NCBI GenBank assembly: GCA_051362555.1
Contig: CM120640.1
Span: 54,414,788 to 54,478,787, forward strand
Direction: 5' to 3'
DNA length: 64,000 bases
DNA from: Lingula anatina
Taxonomy: Eukaryota; Animalia; Brachiopoda
Part shown: positions 14,992 through 26,389 of the stretch, piece after piece
How positions within the stretch are numbered: the stretch's first letter is position 1
How the letters are laid out: each line of letters starts with the position of its first letter
Notes under the pieces: model-generated
What the model was told of the DNA's origin: nothing
Seen by the model: only the letters and a program-made list of their open reading frames with translations
Databases searched by the model: none
Program-made: the position numbers and the translations under genes

Positions 14992-16931
14992 GAAACAGTT
15001 TCTTGGAACAAGGATATAATTATATAATAGTTGCGTATCACACACGGTACGGTTCTAGGTGATTTGCCAATATATGTTTGACATTGTGTCTTAACAGTAA
15101 AGAAATACAAAGCACTAATTATCATTTTATTCCTAGCTTTTGATTCCCCGCAACGTTTGACTCAGTTTGACTATTGGCTTAGCTGTTCTTCTCCTAGTTT
15201 TTCGGAGCAGGTGGACCAGTATTAGCATGAATCTACGGGAGATTTTATACCAAGGACGTACGTTCAATGGCTCCAGGGCTGATTATAGCAGATATGGACT
15301 TAACGTTATTAAACAGAATCTAGTCCGATCCCGCGGTGAGATTGGGGGTTGCAGTGTGAAATGTCTAGCGGGAAATTTTACTTGATCGATCTAAGTGCTT
15401 CCTTAAATCTGATTAGGCCTACATGTATTTCCTCTTGAGTCAGCATGAACCAGATTGCGAACCCACTTTTAATAAAAGCAAACAGTTAGCTGTTAGAGTA
15501 TGTTTTATCTGATTTTCATAACAGATATTTAATACCCCGTTCAGACTACAATCTGAAACATATGAAAATTTAGATTCGCCTTTCTGGCCACACAGTGAGA
15601 AGGTGTGTTACCGAATAATCAACTGGGTGGTTGCTTTTGAATATGATACGGAAAAATCCCAGAAGAAGCGATAGCGCGAGTTCCCTGGTGATTCATACTA
15701 CTTGTATCATCATAGCGATTTCCATGCTTATTTTTTACTGACAAAAGGATTCTTGCTCAAATGGTTGTTAAGATTTTTCAAAATGAAACTATTGTTAGAC
15801 AAATGTATTGGTGGTTGAAACGGAATTGCATCAGTCTTTAAAATTACCGCTTCACTGAATATATTTCTATATCTCAGTAGAGTTAGTAAGTAGGTCTTGT
15901 GCATGTACACGTAAAAATACGGTACGTAAGCTAACTCTATACGTCATAAATGTAACCTACTTAATATCTGAGCACAGGGGATATCTTTGGAAGCAGTGCT
16001 GTTTGCATAAATAAAGAAATAAAACAATTTAACAAAAACTATGCATGTCAAGGATTAAGGCTTTCGAAAGGTTGAGAGGGCAATCCATTATTCCTGACGA
16101 ATATTTCAGAAAAAAATATGTAAACGAAATTGATAAGGCTTTCCTAGGGTGGAAAGAAGTCGAATATGTTCCAGGGTAGAGAATAGTTTTGAGTCAAACA
16201 GGGGCCGAAAATTTGTTTCGATGTACTTCCGCTACATAAGTTTAGTCTCTTCGGGCTTATTGATCGTCTTTTTATGGAAATGACGTGTTCACGCCTGCGT
16301 GCTTGTTTCCATTTTATCGCTCTCTCTAGATAAGCCCCAGAATGTTTTCTTGGAAAAGTAATACGCAACAATGAAAGCTTGATATGAATGTGATTGATTG
16401 TCTAAAGAGATGGTTAAGGAGACCATTACCCAAAATCGTCCATTCCAAGAAATATATCACAATACTAAAAAGAGATGATTAGAATATATGTCGCAGTTTT
16501 CTGTTCTAATAAGCCAGAACAAACAACATTACGTTATGCTTATTGAAATACTGTACAGAAAAAATAATAAAATTTGCAGGAACATGAGCCACCCAATGCT
16601 ATAAAGATGCATTTGAAGCGAATTGACATTCTCGAATTGCCACTAAACCCGACCAAATCCCCGCCATATACTTTCAAATGGTATAACTTAAAAATACCAA
16701 AGTTTATCGTTTCACATTTTCCGAAAAAATTATATTTGAAAATATTTTTTCTACTTTATTTCTGTACTATATATCGGTCGTTTTCGCCAACTGTAATTTG
16801 AATAATTATGCAATTGCTTGCGCAGGAGTAATAGGTCACACATTACTAGGTTATTTGGCAGACATTTACGAACTGGATTGACGGATAAACAGGTCATGTT
16901 AACAACCAGAACTTTGAAAAAGTGCTCTTTT

Positions 16932-16983
<52 letters not shown>

Positions 16984-17859
16984 GTAGGTGATTAATTTGG
17001 TTTATCCTTGGGCTTGTGTACTTTGTTTGAGTCGTATAATAAACTAATGGTAGTGATTTACTGTAGAGGGAATCTATACTTGCTTCAGATGTAACTTAAA
17101 TAGATGATATATGTCGGTCCTTGGCCCAACAACTTCATAACCACAATGCTGAGACCAAGCGATTAAGAAGGCTGATATTTTAAAAAGCACTCGTTCATAA
17201 AAAAACAGTGACAAATAGATTCACTGGCAGAAAAGTGCCCTGCTTTAACTATTTGTAATTACCACTTTCGTTGTTTATTATTTTTCTTTTTTCCTTGTTG
17301 TCAAATCTATATCTTTATCTGGATGTGACGTTTGTTCTATTAACGTGACGCATGTTGATGGTCCCCGCATGTTTAAAATCCCTATTGAAGTTTTTTTCCT
17401 GGAATTCATATACCTAGTGACCATCCAAAATTATAAAGAGCGTCTGTATGCGTCAGGCACAAGAAACATTGTTTTTCGCTGCTGCTCAACGAACATTGGG
17501 TCTATTTTGCATTCTCATAGGTCACTCCATTTTATTTATCTAGACGCCCACGCACGGTGCAGAAGCCCTTCCCTACCCAATCGAGACGGGCGACATCAAA
17601 CGCCAGCATGCTGCCACGGTCGCACTCCCACTCCAGCTCCGCGACCAGTTCTCGTTCTAAATCAAGCAGCGATAAAACTTGCTCCAGAAATCGAAGTTGC
17701 AGCAGTAGCACTGCAAACACTGCGTTATCTGCTCGTAACAATGAATATAACGAAACCATCGAAGAAAAACAAAGATGCCTGTGTGATGTTTATGTCAGAT
17801 ATTACTGTAACGGCAGCGAGTTGTCATGGGTTTCGCCACATGAATGCTCTAGTGTCTAA
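3212..17859 (+). CDS. GNRHR: GnRH/corazonin-family class A GPCR (corazonin-receptor-like, 'molluscan GnRH receptor' type), 4 coding exons, about 487 aa
   Basis: join(3212..3877,10120..10327,12189..12462,17544..17859) = 1464 nt, all GT-AG, phases 0/1/2 consistent. Motifs: TM1 GN, TM2 LASADL, ECL1 W+C (QWLAGTFMCK), TM3 ISLDRC, TM4 AWILSALFSIPQ, ECL2 PF..YQCVT..WQEQLY, ICL3 RKAKTKSL, TM6 CWSPYY, TM7 FFFGMANSMVNPMIYGAFH. The ECL2 and TM7 motifs resemble corazonin-type receptors. Start ATG uncertain (several in-frame ATGs). Confidence 0.9.
9047..9735. mobile_element. Fold-back/MITE-like element with about 130-bp inverted arms in GPCR intron 1
   Basis: 9047-9177 (TTTCAGTTCATGAAACAT...AGTCTATCGG) is the reverse complement of 9609-9735 with few mismatches; about 430-bp spacer; no clear TSD. 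Confidence 0.75.
10120..10327 (+). CDS. GNRHR: GPCR coding exon 2 (ECL2, TM5)
   Basis: Acceptor tttttttag|G; reads AIVFTVEKAPFAGIDYYQCVTF...DFQ; donor CAGG|GTAAGT, phase 1. Confidence 0.9.
10454..10667. mobile_element. PIF/Harbinger (Tourist-like) MITE, diverged
   Basis: TTA|GGGTGCATTCCC...GGGAATGGGGTC|TTA; diverged inverted arms containing TAGATCGATC. Confidence 0.6.
11883..12142. mobile_element. Diverged MITE ending 46 nt upstream of GPCR exon 3
   Basis: Internally palindromic (CTCCACGGG..CTCGCTGAAT / ATTCAGCAAGACTCCCCGTGGA); core GTTGAGTAGAAT..TTAATCTGAT.GCATTCAG shared with the copies at 53250-53460 and 58495-58698; right end TCTTTCTGAACGGTCCCGTA. Confidence 0.6.
12189..12462 (+). CDS. 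GNRHR: GPCR coding exon 3 (ICL3, TM6, TM7)
   Basis: Acceptor cttttcag|AA; contains CWSPYY and NPMIY; donor CAAAG|GTACAC, phase 2. Confidence 0.88.
12471..12766. mobile_element. Young fold-back MITE, TA-flanked, starting 8 nt into GPCR intron 3
   Basis: About 110-bp inverted arms (TGGGGCCATTCAGAAAGAGAAGAGCCGAGTGCTAGCTGGTCCACGGCC... / ...GGCCGTGGACCAGCTAGCACTCGGCTCTTCTCATTCTGAATGCCCCG); TA at 12469-70 and 12767-68. Confidence 0.85.
14946..14983. repeat. (CA)n microsatellite
   Basis: direct read. Confidence 0.95.
16936..16978. repeat. poly-T tract (about 43 nt)
   Basis: direct read. Confidence 0.95.
17544..17859 (+). CDS. GNRHR: GPCR coding exon 4 (Ser/Thr-rich C-tail ending ECSSV*)
   Basis: Acceptor ttttatttatctag|A restores the frame after the phase-2 intron; RRPRTVQKPFPTQSRRATS...; Ser-rich as expected for a GPCR tail. 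Confidence 0.75.
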
Positions 17860-20271
17860 GCAGGTAAACTATGAATAAATGAAACCTTTAAAAGGAGGAG
17901 GTCAATATAAACATTTTTCTCGAAGGCCATTGTTTTAAGTGTAATAAATGGACAGGTCAATGAATGACTTCTAGGACACATTGCTGCACAGCAAGAATAG
18001 CAAGTGTTGCTCTCTTTTCTTTTCCCGTTGATTAGCAAGCCAAAAAAGAAAAAAAAAAAAGGCTCGAATAGACACCAGTTGGGTACCAAGACAGAAATGT
18101 AACGAGTGGTAGTCTTGCAATGAAAGCAATTACATATATACATATATAAAGGCACAAGGTTCAATGGTAAGAGAGGAAGCTCATACAATAACCCGTTCTT
18201 ATGCCTGGAAGTACCTGTATACATGCATTTGATCCGTTGATGACTTGGCCTTTGATTACTGAAAAAGAGTAAATAGGACCTAAAGCACATGTGATGGTTT
18301 TCTGAAATATTTTTCTTGACATGTGTAAATGGTATCAGAACGATTTGTTTTGTCCACCCACTTTATCGTCGCTGATAACTATTGCGCAAAGCGAACTGCG
18401 TCAGGTACTTAATGGCATCGGACAATTGCAACAAACCTGTCACATATTGGCACGCACAAGAGTGGGCCTGTCTCTTGAAACCTCGATGAATGCTATTAAT
18501 TATAGAGTAAGATAGGACCTATCTCTTAAACAGGCATTTATGAAACTCATTACGGGAAAAAGTGACGTATGAAACTCATTACCTGAAAAAGTGCGATGAG
18601 AACTACAACAATGCGCAGGCGTCAGTTTGCTATACAAGGAAGAGACAGGTTTAATGTGGGTGACGATTACGTAAAATGCAGTTATGCTGTTATATGTTGC
18701 GCCAACTTGCTGCTTTTTCTTCTTTTATTTTTCACCCTTTTATTTTTATTCCGGTGTGATTGGAATATTAGTCTGTTTAGAACCAGGTGAAATTCGTCCC
18801 ATATACTATCCTTGATATTTCGGGCTAACCCCAAACTGTACTTATCATATGGCAACCTAGGTTTCTATTCCTAGGACTACCATCCCTGTCACACCGGCTT
18901 TGATCGACGTAAGTGGTAGTTACTAATATCTAATTTACTAATACCTAGAGGCAGTTTTCGTATGCTCTGCATTTTTAGTCTGATAGCCATGCGTCAAGTA
19001 ATGGTATTAACAAAGAGGCATAAGAATATATGCCCGTCATAAGAATATAAATGCTTGTACTAACCTGGTTTTCTCTTTGAGGAATCTTTTAAATGTTGTG
19101 AATTCAAAATTCAAATGTAATAATAACGATTAATGTGACAAACGTACATGTAGGTCTACGTACGTACGAACACTATAGTGTATCCAGAAAATTAAAAGAA
19201 AGGGGGACAGTTGAATTTTTTTCATTTTTTTCCTTTTGAGCAAAGAATTTTTTGGGAAATGGCCCAATTGAAACATTTTGCGACACTTTTTACCCCTTTA
19301 TCTGCCTATCGTATATCATACGTAATGCTAGTAAATATTCTTTACATTTAAGGCCGATAGTGCACGCCTTGCTAGACTACGTACGCTGCAGACAATTTTC
19401 AACATATTCAAGTACACACGACGATGCCATCCTGAAAGGTCCATCATAGTCAGCTTTGCTGGAAACTTAGCAATGTGGAAGATAAGAGAGAGGGGGAGAC
19501 AGTTACGAGACATTTTCTTATTTTTTTCAACTTGAATTCTTCATTATTCTCAGGACAATATTGGAGAAAAACGGCCCAATGGACAGTTTTACACGTTTCC
19601 AGATCACTGAACTAGGAGCCAAAGGACTGTGCGCCACAGTATACATATCAAACTATGGTACTAACATACCTATGATAGCCGATACCACTGCCTTTACATG
19701 TAGACCAGGAACCAAAAAAGTGTGCTGATAAGTTTTTTTACGTGATATACCCTACCACTGGTTTCACACTGTGCCGAAATAGACACGAGATGGAAACAAG
19801 ATAAAGGGAATGTTTAAATTTGGCTCTGATTGTAAAAAAATACCAGGCCATTAATTAGGGCATCCTAAGTCATCGTATGACAGCCGGTGCAGATTCTTGT
19901 TCTCCGACAACTTCTTGAGGGCTGATAAAAATTTGACATGTCAAAAATGCAGAAAAACCCTGTAAGGTTCATTTTCGTGATGAAACGTGAAGATGTCTTG
20001 TCAAGTGTGTCATTTTTGCTTTTTCTTCGTGTGATCAGCTGTGCCACTGGGCATTTTTCGCCCATCGAAAAAAAAGCTGCCAGATTGTCTGAGGAAGGGA
20101 ATGTTATTATATGAAGCCCTAGCAATGCCAGATTAGACCACTGTGTCGGCGAAGACAACGGAATTTGAATAGTTCAAGCAGTTTCCATGTGTCATGGTTA
20201 CGTTCATATATAAAAATGACTTAAATTTGAAAGAAAGCAGAAATGTACATCAAGAAGTTATAAAGAGAAGG

Positions 20272-20527
20272 CACACAATGGACATTAGGAGTGTCACCCC
20301 CTGAATCAGAGTAATCAAAGTAGGTAGATCTTGAGTAGTTATAATGCCTGGTCTACTTATAATGTAACTAATGAGTATAAAACCCGCTGTACCATGGAAT
20401 TGTATTGTTGGTCTTTTTGTGAAATTTGATGTTAATAAAATGATACCAGGAGCATATCATTCCACGTCATTTTTCTTCCCCAAAGTATTGGTTCAGTGGG
20501 GGTGACATTTCTATTGTCCAGTGTGTG
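20272..20527. mobile_element. Short TIR element (Tc1/mariner-like MITE), diverged
   Basis: CACACAATGGACATTAGGAGTGTCACCCCCTGAA vs reverse complement of TTCAGTGGGGGTGACATTTCTATTGTCCAGTGTGTG. Confidence 0.6.
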
Positions 20528-20996
20528 TACTGTTTTCCGCCCTTTTACACGGTGGGCTGAAGGTATTATACCATCAGAAGGTCAGGTGGCGACTTTGTGA
20601 TCTAGTTTGAAGGCATCGTGATTGACTGTTGACCTACTTTGGGGCCATCTTCACGCGAAATTCAAAATTTCCTTTTCGTATGACCATCTGTTGTCAGTTT
20701 TGGAAATGTGTCGCGTGATTGTGAAGAACAAGAAATAGAATCTACATGTATCAAATCATACACTAGTGGAGCACGCATTGTAATCATATGGACAATTGCC
20801 TAATAACTTTGACGATCAGTCCTTAAATTTTAGGCAGTAATCTCCGGTTCCATTTAAATAACCAAGTTAAGTGCTCAATTGCAGACAGATTATCTTATAA
20901 AATGATTAAGGCTGGGATATAGAAATCACCGCAGTCTTGGGGATGCTCAGAATTACGAAATGATTTTTACAGTCTGGATGTGGTTCTCCAGGCCTA

Positions 20997-21469
20997 ACCA
21001 ACTACCAGACTCGGCACCTAAGGATCCTGAATTAACCGGTATATCGGACCACACTACCCGTTTGCAAGGTGTGTGTCAGATCGCATTTCGGAGTATCAGT
21101 CAGAACACCGACAGGATGAGCCCACGCTCGGCTGTCACCTTGATTGGATAGTAAACGATTGTCGTATTTAATCGCTATATGATTTTAAAACCGGGTGCAT
21201 AAATTTGAAAGCCACCTAGATGAACCTTAGACTGCCACATTAATCTAATACAATGCAAAAAAAGCCCTATCAAAAGTGGTTAAAACATTCAAACCGAATG
21301 TCGTAAAGTCCCCATATACCCCCACGGAGACAATGAAATAGAGTACTACAAAATTTGTTCTGGGGTATGATAATCCGAAATGCGATCTGACACACACCTT
21401 GAAAACGGGTAGTGTGGTCCGATATACCGGTTAATTCAGGATCCTTAGGTGCCGAGTCTGGTAGTTGGG
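20997..21469. mobile_element. Young non-autonomous TIR element, 102-bp TIRs
   Basis: 20997-21098 vs 21368-21469: reverse complements with 3 mismatches; flanked by TA at 20995-96 and 21470-71. Confidence 0.88.
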
Positions 21470-24400
21470 TAGGGCTGTTCTCTTAAAGAAGATAATTCAC
21501 AAACAGTGCAATTTCTTGTGCGGTGGTATATTGGGGAAATTATCTTGGGGGAATTCTTCAGGGGATGTCCAGGGCAGAATTGTCCGTGGCAGATTGGCCG
21601 GGGGAGTTTGTCGGGTCGGTGGTTTGCTCTGCATGTAGGATTGTGCTGACCTTTCCACACATATTCATCTTGCTTAATACGCGACGAGTAGCGTATTTAG
21701 TAAAAATAGAACGACACGTTGCAATCATTGGTTGACAACCAAGTATGAAGAGACCCGTAGAATATCCTGTAAATATGCGGCTGTAAATATACTTATTATG
21801 TTTCACTTTTGGTGGGAATTTAAATCAATTACCACCCAATGAATGACATCCATGAGGGAAATCAACAAGGGTTTCATATGGAATTATGTGTATATATATA
21901 TCTAATGGTTTTCTTATAAAAACTATATTTAATCTTCCCCTCCTATCAATTTAGTCAATATCAGTCCAATAAAGATTAAGGGCTAACTGACAGAGCCCTA
22001 CCATATTCGCATTGCCCAACCAAATCCAGTTTTACAGAGAGTAAAGGGCTGAGAAACCTTTATATTGTCACTCATTGTGTTGGCAGTGTACTCTGCTGTC
22101 CAAACAAACCATCTCCAAGAAGTCAGTCTTACGCAATTTGAGTTAAACGAGGATAGAAGCGGTTAAGTCTACCTTGGGTGAAAATGAAAATATTAACTTA
22201 ACATGGAGATCTACAGTGTATGTACTTGTGTGTCCCGAAGTGAGTGGTGCCAAAACACTATTTACTGCTTACACTTCATAAAGTACCGTGCTACTCCAAA
22301 GCCCTAAGTGCAAGCCATAATTTATAACAGATAAAAAGCAATGATTGAAATTGATATCTCGGAAAAAAAAGAAAGAAAAACAAATCAGAATAAAATACAT
22401 GTATTTAATTGAAATTGATGTCTCGAAAAAAAAGGAAAACAAATAAAGGATCAGATACATGTATTATATTTGCTTGGATTTTGAGGAAAATACAAGACAA
22501 AACGTGGGTTATTTTTGCTATGCCAGTACTTGCTGTTTTTTCTTCATTCTTGTGCCTTTGTCACGGTTTTCATTTATGTTATATCAAGAGCTTTGATGTG
22601 GTTTCTTTTTTGACTCATGTCTTCAGTCAACGCTTTTTATGCTGACTGCAGACATGATATTTTTCAATGTTTCAGGAAATGCAGACGCGTATTGTATTGC
22701 ACCATATTAAGGATGCGATGGTGTACACATAAACATTCCACAATTTTCTCTAACATTGCAGCATCGTTTTACGTCGCGCTTAAATCTTGTCATATAAAAA
22801 TCCACTGAACCTACGAACCTGAGGTCCGTTTGACAAAAGAACTTGAAACGAAAATCGCTTTAAGCTGAGGCAGTTGCGTTTCATTCGGCCGCTTACTCAT
22901 TTTTCAGTCTAAGGCTTGACTTGACACTTATCCTAATTAATTAATTTTTTTATTGTTTGCTCAAAATTGTGACAGTAGCCTAATTACAACCACATTTGTT
23001 GTGGGCAAAGCGTCCGTAAAAAGCTATTAGATCAATTACATGTACCGGGTACTACCAGCTTTAATGGCTAAGGATAGGTACTTTTTATTTGCAATGTCAA
23101 AAAATTATTAAAAAGCTATATCTGTATTCAAATCATTTTCAGACTCCTCTGAATATTTGATCCTTAGTCCTTTAAAAAACGGTGCACCGAGAGTAAGTTG
23201 GTGGTACCTGTACATGTATGTCTGTTAACTAAAATTTCTGTAGACCACACACTGTGGAGCACCCCAAGGGAAAATCAGCAAATTGTTTAATAATTTTGTA
23301 TACTTGTAATTACGAGGAACATAGTTATTATGTAATTTGAGCAAAAAGTTTTATCAAAAGGTGTCGAATCTGATCCTACCCGTAATAGCCTATTTACAGG
23401 GTCATATTATCTAGGTAGAAAAAGATCAATTTGTACTAAAAAGATAACCATGGCGGTTTTAATCGATCTATTCTCACTTGGTTTGGTCTTCCCGAACTTA
23501 CCTACAGGTTTGTCGACGCATTCGTATCCCCTAAATTATGTCTTAGGAAGTGTCGTTTGATGAGTCGGTAACAGTATATTGTCTCGTTCTTTATGTTGTA
23601 TCTACCGAATGAGATAACTTTTCTCTCTAACAACAAAGCGGTCCACAGTTGAAAAGGATTCTGGTGAAAAACTGTCCTAGTCAACAAACCCAGCTGGTGG
23701 TACTTAATCAGGAGTCAGACCCGCATCTCTGAGGTGCAGGTCACAATAACAGAGAAAGTCACACGACAAACAGTGCATGCCAGAATAGACAATAGGTTGT
23801 GTAATGGTATCATATTGTAGACGATAACCTCGTTTTTGCTAACGCCTCTTATAAAATAACACTTACATAACGGCACTCACTGTACATTGCGTAATGTATC
23901 GTTATATTTTTCATGAATAAAAGTTTTAAGGCAACTGTTAGATACATGTGCGACTTAGTTATTGGGAAATGTTTATCAATAATTTTAGTATAAAGATATC
24001 ACATTTAAATATTCTGTGGTTTCTCTATTCCTTCGGGGGTTTCAAGAAGGGAAATAGCAACGATAATCTCAGCTTTTATTTTAAATTCAGCAAACCTAGC
24101 ATTCAACATACATTATGCTGATTTGTGGAATAAGCATGTCCATAAAGAGGAATTGCTCCAAATCCACATTTTGAGCGACCCAGATATAAAAACATGCATA
24201 GATATTGTACACAATACTTTACAGTACTATCGAGATAACTTGGATAAAACGAAACCGATAATTTTACAGTCAATAGGGTGCCTACGCAGGATGGACTATA
24301 AGCGAAGTTGTATTGAAAACATCATTTAACACATTCTCTGACAAAAGAAAATGCCTGATATTAATGTCAATGGGCATCTTTTTTATGTCTGCATCAGCTA

Positions 24401-25230
24401 CGTAAAATGCAAAGTTTGTATGTGGATTTTAAAGTAATTTCACTTTTTGAAAAATGTCTACTAAAACCATTTGGATTGACATACATGCTCTACAAATGTT
24501 TTTCAAAACTATACTTCTTGCGTCTGGTACCGGTACATACTTACAAATAACTACTGGAAATTTTATTTCACACATCGAAAAAATCCGATTAAAAGCTAAG
24601 CATCAGTGCATTGTGCAATTCTCTAGGAATTAAATTTAAGTCAATGATTTGTCAGTCTTGAGGAGGAAATAGAACATTCCGGCACACGTGCGTCTAAGTT
24701 CATTCTTAGTTTGGTTCGTCTATTGTCAAGACCGTGTTGGGCATCTTTAAGAGTCACAGATGTTAAGAAACCTTATATCTAATCAACTTGCTACTTACCA
24801 ACGTAAAAAGCGGAAAGTCACGCTAAAGGAAGGCGGGAAACAATAAAGAGGGCTTATTTCCCGCTCGAAAAAATTGCCAATATAAGGTAATAGTTACCTA
24901 GTAAAGGTGAAGGCTCATCAGAGAAAGGTTTTAAAAGTGCTACAAGGTTTCCCAACTTACAGCAATGGGTTTTGACACACATGCGCACGCACATGCACAT
25001 TTATATACATACAGACTCTTACCTCGGCGTCTTCTCCCCTATAAAATTATATTAAACCGAGACGTAAAAGACCCCGAAACTTGTTTTCCTTTATTATCTC
25101 AAGAATATTTAAATGTTATACTGATGCCATTGGACGAAATACTTACATGTAGTACATGTATGATAACTCATGGGTAGACCAGAGTCCCTCAAGATTTCAA
25201 TTAACATCCCAGCTGACAATATCACACAGG

Positions 25231-25391
25231 GACAGTGTTGAAAAAGTGAGAATGGATAGAACGTTATTTTGAATGTGATTCCCACGTAAAACTGTAATAG
25301 GTAGAACGTGGGATCACGTTGAAGTTATTCGTTGTACATATACCTTACTTGCCACATCCAAAATAACGTTCATACCACTTTTAAAAACTGT
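25231..25391. mobile_element. Small diverged TIR element with an internal palindrome
   Basis: ACAGTGTTGAAAAAGTG..GAACGTTATTTTGAATGTG vs reverse complement of CACATCCAAAATAACGTTCATACCACTTTTTAAAAACTGT; inner GTGATTCCCACGT/ACGTGGGATCAC. Confidence 0.55.
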
Positions 25392-26389
25392 AATGTATCA
25401 ATTTTAATTACTTTGAACTAGAAAAACAAAGACAAAGAAATGAAAATGAGCTAGGCTGAGCCAAACTTAGTCTTTTGGAGTCTATTGGACTAAACCCCTT
25501 CTCTTTCCATCACAACCCCCCTGAATTTTAGTCAAGATAAATTATATATGCAATCTATGTACTTGAAGTAATCCTGATATTTATCTAAATAAACTAAAGG
25601 CCCTAGCTGTTATACGGGGTTGGAGAACAATTTAGTCCCCTCTTCACCGTTGTGAATCGCAGACATGTGGTCTGAATGTGATGTGTTTTTTACCCGTTTG
25701 TTTCTTTCTCCCTCTTAGGGATCCCAGGTCCAATCACATCAGCCACTTCTGTTATTCTCCTTCACCACCCCAAAATGCTTCATTCAAATAAAAATAAAGG
25801 CAACATGTCCATTGCAGTTTTTTCTGGAGCCCACTACGTCACATGGCACTTCCAGTGCAGTTTTAAACAGACAACGGGCAGAGTCGTATGGCGTATGGTA
25901 TTTTCTGTTTGAACCATCAGCATATTTATTTCTTTTTTAAGGAGTCTTTTACGTTTGAGAAGAGTATATAAACAGTATTGTTTTATTCCAGTCTGTTGCG
26001 CTCCAACAACCCCTTTCACACCGTCTTCGTTAGCGGACAACTTCTCTTCGTGTGGAACGCCAGCTTAATATCCGTTCAAATACACACTAAATTAAGCGAA
26101 CGCCTCTAACGACAATCGTAAGCTAACAATCGCGGCTTTGTTGAACAGACCTTCAATATAGTGGCAAGCTATACAAGGAAGGTGATACATGTATACATGA
26201 GTTAAACGTTACCTTGATGTAGTTAAGTCAATAGGCTTGTTTCATAAAAGAGCATTCTCACGAAAACTAGTCTAAAAATATCGCTCCTTAATTAAATGAA
26301 ATACTGCGTCGAGTTCATTTTTCAGACCAATACTTAGTGTATTTAACAGGACTACTATGGGTTTATCAGTAACTGAAATAAACCTCATT

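Noticed and set aside
17345-17878. 177-aa ORF overlapping GPCR exon 4
   Set aside because: Wrong frame; only the 17557 frame joins exon 3 in phase, and the peptide has no recognisable motif.
18539-18595. Short two-copy direct repeats (also 7880-7910, 22344-22465, 32833-32870, 36216-36251)
   Set aside because: Ordinary local slippage duplications with no further structure.
21520-21620. G-rich GGGGAA(A)TT repeats next to the 102-bp-TIR element
   Set aside because: Probably a degraded repeat fragment; no boundaries definable.
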